DNA from: an uncultured bacterium
GTDB lineage: Bacteria > Babelota > Babeliae > Babelales > Babelaceae
Direction of reading: 5' to 3'
DNA: 64,000 nt
NCBI GenBank assembly: GCA_963713855.1
Contig: OY970209.1
Span: forward strand, 1,120,001-1,184,000
A program made the position numbers and the translations under genes. Below the pieces are notes generated by a model, which ran no database searches, had not been told where the DNA came from, and worked only from the letters and a program-made list of their open reading frames with translations. This document shows, piece after piece, positions 53,336 through 61,192 of this stretch (positions are counted from its first letter, which is position 1; the number at the start of each line of letters is the position of its first letter).

Positions 53336-54562
53336 TTAGGATAAATAGTGCAAAGGGACCGAGCCGGCAGCCAAATCATGAATTGATGGTAATTCGAAAT
53401 TGAGCTGTCTTTCTTGTATCCAAGAAGCAGCATCTTGCATTCCTTGTTCAAGAGCCTCGGTATACGCCTGACTAAGGTACAAGTCTCTCTGTTCAGGTTC
53501 AAGATCGAGTATTTCTTGATAGAAAAACGCTAGCAGCTTTATGTTCCCTTTACGCGCTGCAATTATAAAATACTCAAAGATTGTTTCTACCGATTGTATA
53601 AAGGGAAAAAGTTCTTCGAATAGCTCAATATCGCTACGAGTAATTGCCTCATTAAGGACTTCTTTGATTTTTTCAATGACTTTTTCATGTAAACGTTGAT
53701 TTTCTTCGCGAGAAAAAATCTTTTCTAACGTGGCTTTGTACTCAAAAAGCCAGGCTATTTCGCTCTTTTGCAGGCACACTTTGTTTTCTAAAAGGTACCA
53801 AACAAGTTTTTTAGCTCTTGCACCAATAAGATCAGTTCCAGGAGATATGGCTGTTGCAAGCGCATCGTAAAGAAGCGACTCTCTTGAGTCATCAGCTTCA
53901 ACTGACGCTTTATGGTCTCCGACAGCTTCTTCGAATAAATAACGTACGACCTTATCTGCACCGACGCGAATAGCTAGATTAATAAGCCTTTTTCCTAAGC
54001 TCCTACAAGTGCTTGGGCTTATTCTATTTATGTTGGATTTTATAAATGCTAAATCATCATTTACAAGTGCAGCGTTAACCTCACTATCATCTAAATCTAG
54101 GAGTTTTGGTGGAGAATTTTCATTAGAGATACCTGTTTGTCGAGATTGAGTGGGTTTTGTTTCAATTTTACGTTTCTTTTTTTGCGGTTGGTTGCGGCTC
54201 TCCTGGCGCTCTTGCAAGACTTGTGGGTGACGAGTTTGTGGTTGTGCAGGTCGCTGATTTAGGGCACCGCCCTGGGGCTGCTGTTGGCCGATTTGGTAAT
54301 TCTGGGGATAACTAGATCTGGCCCAGTCTACATAAGAAAGAACGGGGTTCGGAGCCTGGACTGGCGGGGGAGAAAAATAATATCCACGCGGTGGGGCTAA
54401 AAGCAAAAGAGGATACTGCACAGAGCTTGGTTGTGGCGTCGGAGCCGGATTTGGACGATCCTGCCTGAGATTTGGCGCAGTATTTGTCCTATTTTCCATG
54501 CTAAAGGCTGACTCTAGCGAAAAAGCATAAGCAAGGAAGAATAATAGAGTAGAAAGTTTCAT
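53336..54562 (-). CDS. Secreted protein with P/Q-rich region, SV40-like NLS and degenerate ankyrin repeats
   Basis: Signal peptide, SMEN, low-complexity P/Q tract, PQKKKRKI, AARKGNIKLLAFF. Confidence 0.82.
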   Translation of the reverse strand: MKLSTLLFFLAYAFSLESAFSMENRTNTAPNLRQDRPNPAPTPQPSSVQYPLLLLAPPRGYYFSPPPVQAPNPVLSYVDWARSSYPQNYQIGQQQPQGGALNQRPAQPQTRHPQVLQERQESRNQPQKKKRKIETKPTQSRQTGISNENSPPKLLDLDDSEVNAALVNDDLAFIKSNINRISPSTCRSLGKRLINLAIRVGADKVVRYLFEEAVGDHKASVEADDSRESLLYDALATAISPGTDLIGARAKKLVWYLLENKVCLQKSEIAWLFEYKATLEKIFSREENQRLHEKVIEKIKEVLNEAITRSDIELFEELFPFIQSVETIFEYFIIAARKGNIKLLAFFYQEILDLEPEQRDLYLSQAYTEALEQGMQDAASWIQERQLNFELPSIHDLAAGSVPLHYLS

Positions 54563-54846
54563 ATCGTATCAATTCTAACATTGAAATCACCTTTATTTTA
54601 TCATAAGATTCTAAGCTTACAACTATACTACCTATTTTTATCTCCGTTACATTTTTCTATTTTGGGAATTTTGCGCATCAGGAATCAAAAACGTAAGTCA
54701 CGCTCACCCACATTATAATTCATTGCTAGTATTGAGCGATGGCTCAATGAATTCGTTTGTTCGTAAGAAATACTTATTATTTAACTGTTGCCGGAAGGGC
54801 TATTTTTGAGCTATAATGCTAATTGAAAGATTGAAGGAGAAATTAC

Positions 54847-55782
54847 ATGGTAGCAAAATATATAGCGGCAATAGCGCTTTGGGTATCTTGTCTTTGGTAT
54901 AGTGGTGCCCAAGCAACACAAGAATATCACACACTGCTGGAAAGGCACTTTCCACAACTGAAGTCTGAGCCCGAATCACTCGATAACATGCTTCTGCTTG
55001 CTGAACGGTATTATGATGAAGCAGCTGATGAACAACATTATTATAAAGATCGCGATTATGGCAAAAGAAACGCTTTGCGTTGGTACAATGCCTTAAGAAA
55101 GGTATTTGGCCAACCATTAGCCGCCACCTGGGATGACATTGACTCCAAGTGGTTCCACGAGGCTTATGAAGAGAATCTTCTAAACCTTCTAAATATTCCA
55201 GGATATAAGTGTACATATTATGCTCATGCAAAAGTTGATTTAGATTCTTCGCGCAAACAGGTAAAGGCGCTAGAAAATGTGATGGGACGATTTGATGCAG
55301 ACTGCAAACGAACCCACGAAGAAAAGCTTTTTAAGCAGGCTTACGATGACTACGAAAAACAAACAATGCCTCGCTTGAAATTGAGCTCCTTAAAGTGTGA
55401 TTTGCGAGCTTTGCTTAATGCTATAAGAAAATCAGAAATCAAAAATGAGGAAATAACTGCCAAATATGCTCTTGATCTTGCCGCATATGATGAAAGTCTT
55501 AAAAATAGGGCCTGGTATCAGTTATTAACCCCAGAAGCTCCTACTTTGGAGTTGATTGGCGTCGATCTAAATAAAAGGAGAGCGCTTCATAGATATAATT
55601 ACATCCTCAAGCTTATGGGGCAACCTCCAGTAAATGATTTCGAGCACATCGATGAATCACTTATCGAAAGCGATGACCTCGATTACGACCAATGGATTAA
55701 AGGTTTGAAAGCTACAGAAGATTCAGCTCGTGATCAATTTAAGAAATTCTTGAAGGAAGAAATAACAACCAAAGCTTTCTAA
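54847..55782 (+). CDS. Secreted helical-repeat protein (2 repeats)
   Basis: AAGGAG SD, signal peptide, ALRWYNALRKVFGQP..DDIDSKW and ALHRYNYILKLMGQPP..EHIDESL. Confidence 0.82.
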   Translation: MVAKYIAAIALWVSCLWYSGAQATQEYHTLLERHFPQLKSEPESLDNMLLLAERYYDEAADEQHYYKDRDYGKRNALRWYNALRKVFGQPLAATWDDIDSKWFHEAYEENLLNLLNIPGYKCTYYAHAKVDLDSSRKQVKALENVMGRFDADCKRTHEEKLFKQAYDDYEKQTMPRLKLSSLKCDLRALLNAIRKSEIKNEEITAKYALDLAAYDESLKNRAWYQLLTPEAPTLELIGVDLNKRRALHRYNYILKLMGQPPVNDFEHIDESLIESDDLDYDQWIKGLKATEDSARDQFKKFLKEEITTKAF

Positions 55783-55936
55783 AATTTGCCTCAACAAGCC
55801 GTTGTTCATTAATGAAAATGCTTGAATCTAATTTTGCGAGGATTATGTTGAGCTTTAAAAAAGATACTCCAGCGAAAATGAGGGTTACGCTTTTAACCCG
55901 CTTTCATCTTGGCTGTTACCAAGCTATTAGGATTTT

Positions 55937-56866
55937 TTAGAACTTTATAAACAGGTAAAACCCTGGGATTGCTGTTGCTAACGCGTGGCCCCAAGCGTCA
56001 CCGGCTTCATGAAACTCTTGGCAAGCATAGCACTCATTGAGATAATCGAAATAATCGACGAGAACGAAATAAAATCCGCGAGAGAGCACCATAAGAGCCA
56101 TACCCATGTTAAAGGTAATAAACGAGAATAAGAAAGGATTGCTTGTTATCTTTCCCGCGGTTATAACGCTTACAGTATAACTGAGATAGCTGAGTATGAG
56201 GCTCAGTGCGAAAGCTTGAGTTACTTCTTTTGTTTGCAGAGCATTCCATTCCTCTTCGCTGGTAATTGTTTGCAATGCCTTATTTGGAAAAGTTTCTTTG
56301 TAACGCCTTAGCGTGGGCAGCATATAAAACTTTGCGATGGCATAGTAAAGAAATAGCACACCTTCAAACAATCGGAAGGCATTTACGCCGTTTGCAAGCG
56401 CGAGATCAAATGTCTTACTTCTGATGATGTCTTTGGAAGCAAGTTGAGGAACCGACTTGCCCTTAATATTCTCAAGCAACTGTTTAAGCTTGCCTCCTTC
56501 GGTAACTTTTTTTATTCCAGCAATTTTTTTATAGAGAATATGCGAAGTTACCCAAAGGGCGATTGCAATGCTCATGGCAGCAACATCTTCTATAAGATCT
56601 TCTCCTATTTTTAGCAAGTCCGGCTTTGTAAAGTCTCTTTGGAGTGGCTGCTCTCGAAATAGCTGGCGACCTTGCCCCACAATAATCTTTGCCAGTTCGG
56701 TAAAAATTGCTCTTGTTGCAAAGCCAAATGCTAATGCAAGAGCAGGTTCATATTTGCCACCGTCTTTAATGAGAGCTCTTTTTTGTTTAAATGGTTGAAG
56801 GACGCTCCTTGCGGTATGGGGAAGGACTAGGGCGCACGTAATTAAGATATAGCTCACCTTTTTCAT
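55937..56866 (-). CDS. Multi-pass membrane protein with C-terminal CxxC
   Basis: Start at ATG 56866 (MKKVSYILITCALVLP); hydrophobic segments; NECYACQEFHEAGDA; paralog of 52465. Confidence 0.78.
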   Translation of the reverse strand: MKKVSYILITCALVLPHTARSVLQPFKQKRALIKDGGKYEPALALAFGFATRAIFTELAKIIVGQGRQLFREQPLQRDFTKPDLLKIGEDLIEDVAAMSIAIALWVTSHILYKKIAGIKKVTEGGKLKQLLENIKGKSVPQLASKDIIRSKTFDLALANGVNAFRLFEGVLFLYYAIAKFYMLPTLRRYKETFPNKALQTITSEEEWNALQTKEVTQAFALSLILSYLSYTVSVITAGKITSNPFLFSFITFNMGMALMVLSRGFYFVLVDYFDYLNECYACQEFHEAGDAWGHALATAIPGFYLFIKF

Positions 56867-57066
56867 ACTAATATTCTTTCTTTGTGTTCTTCTAAAAAAA
56901 GAGTTTAGCATGAAAGTGACAGTCTGGACACAGAATTCAAACCGCAAAAACTTACTTATAAAGCTATTGCTCGAGAGTGAGTGGGCACATCTTCAAAAAT
57001 AGTAGCACCAGAATACTTTTTTGCCGCAATCTACGCGGGATAATACTTTGTTACCATTAGTAGCGT

Positions 57067-57095
57067 TTGACAAAGAAATGACGCAGTGCTACTCT
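57067..57095 (+). promoter_or_regulatory. Putative sigma70 promoter
   Basis: TTGACA-17-TACTCT with a TG extended -10 element. Confidence 0.5.
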
Positions 57096-57169
57096 CCACC
57101 GAAAAATCGGAAGGGAAAAAGGAATAGAGTTTGCGGCGATGAAGGTTACCATCTAAAAAAGGGTATTGT

Positions 57170-58342
57170 ATGAACGTTACTATTCATAGGAAAGTTATTT
57201 TACTTGGCTTTTTAAGCTTAATCTCTCTTATCTCTATAAGAATTAAAGCCAATTGCTGTTTAACGCAGGGCACTTCAACATCGCTGCCGGCAGGTTCGTC
57301 AGCCCCTGAGAGTATAACTTTCTCTCCTAACGGTTCTTATCTAGCTACAGCCAATCCTAATACCTCCAATAACATAACGTTGTTTAGCGTAACAGGCGGC
57401 ACCCTAAGTAGTGGAGTCTCCTACCCATTACCAGGAACCTCCTCAAACCCTCAATCAGTTAGTTTTTCTCCCAATAGTTCTCTATTAGCTACAGCCAATA
57501 GAGATAGTAATGACGTAACACTCTTTCAGTTATCAGGAGGATTGCTTACTGGGGCTTTGTCCACTCCACTACCATCAGGTTCTACGCTTCCCAAAGATGC
57601 AGCTTTTGCTCCCAATGGCTCATATCTTGCAGTGTGTAATGAAAGTTCAAATGATCTAACCATATTTCCTGTTTCAGGCACCGCCTTAGGCACAGGGACT
57701 TCTTCTACATTGCCTACGGGGTCGACCTATCCAATATCGCTTGCAATCGCTCAAAATAGTACGCAGCTTGCCACGGCAAACTTGGTGTCAAACGATGTAA
57801 CGCTCTTTACCGCAACCGCGCAAGGTAGCATTGTTTCAAAAATGTCGTACACTTTGCCATCGGGGGTTCAGTCTCCACGTGCTTTAGCATTTTCACCTAA
57901 CGGCCTTTATCTTGCTGTAGCATGCCAAGCACCAGCAAGTTATGTTGTTTTGTTTGATGTAAATTCTGGTGGAAGCTTAAGTAATGGGGTAGCTTATGCA
58001 CTATCCTCAACCGTTTCTGGACCCACAGGAGTTACTTTCTCAAACGATAACTCGTGTGTCGTTGTGTCGGCCAATAGCGCTCTAACAGTATTTACCATAA
58101 GCAGTGGAACCCTTACTAATGGTACGCTTTATAACTTACCAACGGGCTCTTTAGCGCCTTTTGAGGCCGCATTTTCCCCTTCAGGCGCGTATCTTGCAAC
58201 AGCTAATAATGGTTCAAGCAATATATCCTTATTTACTTACCCCTGCGTGCCTACGACAAATAGCGGCAACAACTCAAGCAGTAGTAGCGCTAGAATAATA
58301 CCTTGGTTCTTAACTAATTTCATGACGACGTACCTTAATTAA
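57170..58342 (+). CDS. Secreted 7-blade beta-propeller with Ser-rich/hydrophobic end
   Basis: Signal peptide, Cys-bracketed 7 blades, ends NSSSSSARIIPWFLTNFMTTYLN. Confidence 0.9.
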   Translation: MNVTIHRKVILLGFLSLISLISIRIKANCCLTQGTSTSLPAGSSAPESITFSPNGSYLATANPNTSNNITLFSVTGGTLSSGVSYPLPGTSSNPQSVSFSPNSSLLATANRDSNDVTLFQLSGGLLTGALSTPLPSGSTLPKDAAFAPNGSYLAVCNESSNDLTIFPVSGTALGTGTSSTLPTGSTYPISLAIAQNSTQLATANLVSNDVTLFTATAQGSIVSKMSYTLPSGVQSPRALAFSPNGLYLAVACQAPASYVVLFDVNSGGSLSNGVAYALSSTVSGPTGVTFSNDNSCVVVSANSALTVFTISSGTLTNGTLYNLPTGSLAPFEAAFSPSGAYLATANNGSSNISLFTYPCVPTTNSGNNSSSSSARIIPWFLTNFMTTYLN

Positions 58343-58386
58343 TCGTCAAAAAACGTAACTTGTTCTATATCAAAAGGAGAAAGTGT

Positions 58387-59565
58387 ATGAAATTCAATGC
58401 GCTCTTGAGCATGATACTCTTAACGACAGTTCAATTACATCCAAGCTGTACGCTAAAAACTGGTGCTTATTATTCCTTACCGACTGGCTCGACTGGAACG
58501 CAATATATAGCGTATACCCCCGATAGTGCTTATGCAGCTACGGCCAACTCTACTTCAAATGATGTAACGTTCTTTACGGTCTTTCTAAATGGATCGTTGG
58601 GTGGTACTTCTTATAAGCTTCCCACGGGTTCCACGTCTCCGGAAGGCTTAGCATTTAATGCAAGCCAAACACTTCTTGCTACTGCAAATAATGGTTCAAA
58701 TAACGTATCGATCTTTCCAGTAACAGGTTCAACGCTCGGAACTCCTATCTCATATGCCCTGCCTGCCGGTTCAACAGCTCCAAACGCAATAGTATTCTCG
58801 CCGAACGGGTCCTATGTAGCAACTGCTAATGAATCTAAAGACGTTACCATGTTTTCGGTAGGAGCGGGCGGCGCGTTGACCGGTACCTCTTATCCTTTGC
58901 CTGCTGGATCGGGCTTTCCATTATCGATAGCTTTTTCGCCAGATGGTTCTACGCTTCTTGTTACAGATGGGTTATCTAATGGCGTAATTCTTTTTAAAGT
59001 AACGGCTGGAGCATTGGATGCGGGCACTTTTTATCCCGTTCCAAGTGGATCCATTAACGCTACATCAGTGATTTTTTCACCCGACAGCTCGCTTGTGGCT
59101 ACAGCAAATTTTGCTTCTAATGATGTAACACTCTTTACTTTCTCAAATCAAACGTTAAGTAATGCGCAGTCATTTGCACTCCCTTCGGGAACAACTATGC
59201 CTCGCTCGGTAGCATTTTCGCCAGATAACTCTACATTAGCGGTCTGCAACAATACAGCTAATGTTGTTCTCTTCGATGTTTCAGGAAGTTCTTTAACTGG
59301 TGGTACCTCGTATCCGTTACCTTCAGGGCCATCGCCGCTTCCTTTATGTGTAACGTTTTCAAATACTGGTGCATATTTAGCTACAGCTAACTTTAATACA
59401 AATAATGTGGCGGTATTTCCAGTAACGTGTAGCAATCCTACAACTACAACTCAGACAACCACAACACCAACATCAACGACCGCTTCATCGTCATCAAGTT
59501 CCGCATCGAATACTAAAAGTGAGGCAGCCATAATTGTAAAAGCTTTAAAAGAATTATGCCTTTAA
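58387..59565 (+). CDS. Secreted 7-blade beta-propeller with Thr/Ser stalk
   Basis: AGGAG SD before ATG 58387; Cys-bracketed 7 blades; TTTTQTTTTPTSTTASSSSSSA stalk. Confidence 0.9.
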   Translation: MKFNALLSMILLTTVQLHPSCTLKTGAYYSLPTGSTGTQYIAYTPDSAYAATANSTSNDVTFFTVFLNGSLGGTSYKLPTGSTSPEGLAFNASQTLLATANNGSNNVSIFPVTGSTLGTPISYALPAGSTAPNAIVFSPNGSYVATANESKDVTMFSVGAGGALTGTSYPLPAGSGFPLSIAFSPDGSTLLVTDGLSNGVILFKVTAGALDAGTFYPVPSGSINATSVIFSPDSSLVATANFASNDVTLFTFSNQTLSNAQSFALPSGTTMPRSVAFSPDNSTLAVCNNTANVVLFDVSGSSLTGGTSYPLPSGPSPLPLCVTFSNTGAYLATANFNTNNVAVFPVTCSNPTTTTQTTTTPTSTTASSSSSSASNTKSEAAIIVKALKELCL

Positions 59566-59577
59566 TGTATGAAAGTG

Positions 59578-59608
59578 AAAGAAAGGAGGATTAACACCTC
59601 CTTTCTTT
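59578..59608. terminator. Bidirectional intrinsic terminator
   Basis: AAAGAAAGGAGG-attaaca-CCTCCTTTCTTT between convergent genes. Confidence 0.75.
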
Positions 59609-59631
59609 ATTTAAAATTCATGAAATAAGAT

Positions 59632-60324
59632 TTATTCAGCTTGGCTTCCGATGAATGTCCACTTGTTTGGCCCTGTTGAATCAAGACTCATCTGCATGGC
59701 ACCACAGTATGGAAATTTGGCGGGAGAATTCAATTTGATTGTTTGATCCCCAATGTGAAGATTTGCTCCAGTCATACAGCACCGACCCAAATCATCGTGC
59801 ACTTCACTTCCGGGAGAAAGTGTATACCACTTTTGGTCACAGCCACCTGCGCAACTGCCAAGAGGGCAGGTCAAATCAACCGTAACTGTGGCTCCTTCAG
59901 TGAGGTTACTTTTAATAGCTAATTTAGTTGGAGGCCACTTTCGTCCGCCAAAGAACCATCCAGTATCCCAAGCACCAAAAATGCTTAAGTAGATGTCGCC
60001 ACATGCCGGTAACGCGAGAGATGGATCGAGCTTTTGTACTGCTACAGCCGTCTGGTCAATGTCTTTAATCACGTATAACGTTGCATCGGTAACGCAACAT
60101 TCGCCTATATCCACAACACGGCTTCCTTCTGAAATTAGGTTAGTAGCTTTGGAGATACAGGTTTCAGAGCATTTTGCATCTTTTGGACAAGCCAAAGTAA
60201 GCGAGACCATCGGAGACGATTGAAGGTTGCTTTGATAATTGCTTTGAATGGTAACCTGCCCCGGATGAGTCGTCAAAGCAGTCATTAAAAAAGCAGAAGA
60301 AATTTGTATAGCGCTAAGTCTCAT
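59632..60324 (-). CDS. Secreted protein with two 6-Cys domains
   Basis: Signal peptide; two copies of CP...C...C...D(I/L)GxCC...C. Confidence 0.85.
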   Translation of the reverse strand: MRLSAIQISSAFLMTALTTHPGQVTIQSNYQSNLQSSPMVSLTLACPKDAKCSETCISKATNLISEGSRVVDIGECCVTDATLYVIKDIDQTAVAVQKLDPSLALPACGDIYLSIFGAWDTGWFFGGRKWPPTKLAIKSNLTEGATVTVDLTCPLGSCAGGCDQKWYTLSPGSEVHDDLGRCCMTGANLHIGDQTIKLNSPAKFPYCGAMQMSLDSTGPNKWTFIGSQAE

Positions 60325-60734
60325 ACATTCTCCTTGTTAGCTTTTTTGAGCTGGGTAAAACCGTACTGATTTGGCCCTGTTGAGTCAAGACTCAGCTGTG
60401 TGGTATCACAGATCGGAAAATTGGCCGGGTCGAGCTTATTTATTGATGATACCGTCGGCCACCACCCCATCACGTACAATGTTGCATCACTGATGCAACA
60501 TTGACCTATATCTGCAGTAGCGATTGAAGGATATAGTTCACCTTTTGGATACAAATTAAATGCTTTGAAAGTACATGCTTCAGAACATTTTGCACCCTTT
60601 GGGCAAGCCAAAGTAAGCGACACTAGGTGCCGGTACCCTTGAGTAAGGTTATTTTGAATGGTAACAAATACAGGTAGAGTCGTCATAACCATCGTTAAAA
60701 GTGCAAAAGAAATTGTAATAGCAGTTGGCCTCAT
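60321..60734 (-). CDS. Secreted protein with one 6-Cys domain
   Basis: Paralog of the downstream gene; ATGA overlap at 60321-60324. Confidence 0.85.
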   Translation of the reverse strand: MRPTAITISFALLTMVMTTLPVFVTIQNNLTQGYRHLVSLTLACPKGAKCSEACTFKAFNLYPKGELYPSIATADIGQCCISDATLYVMGWWPTVSSINKLDPANFPICDTTQLSLDSTGPNQYGFTQLKKANKENV

Positions 60735-61192
60735 GCGTTCACCTTATGCATTAATTTAATAGAGATATATTCCCTGATTTTATCATAAAATTGTTAAATA
60801 ATTCAATATTTGTAATAAAATATAGCAGTTTTGATTATAATACCCAGAGCGCAAGATTTTCGCCTCGCTTTAATAAAGACTAAGTACAGGTTTTCCGCGC
60901 TCGCACGAGGAATCATTTACCCGATCTTTGAAGATGGAGCTTGCGCACGGTTAGCTCAAGATTCATTTCGCGGCTTCCGTTTGTTGTTCTTGTCCGATTA
61001 GCTCGCTGGTATTTAATGTTCCAAAGCGAAGAAACATTTTTAAAGTCGGGATTGTATATCTTAAAAAAACTAAGCGTGACAAGGAACTGTAAGCTTACTA
61101 AAAAAATATTTCACCTTTTTAAAACAAAATCATGAGTATGTGCTAAGCAAAAACTCTCAGTGATGGAACCCATTGGCAACAAGATCTTGGTC

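Noticed and set aside
504..59565. Diversity-generating retroelement behind propeller variation
   Set aside because: No reverse transcriptase and no template/variable repeat pair with adenine-only differences was seen.
504..59565. 6-phosphogluconolactonase (pgl) annotation
   Set aside because: Only the fold-level repeat is shared. The proteins are secreted, multi-copy and very poor in charged residues, with no evident conserved active site.
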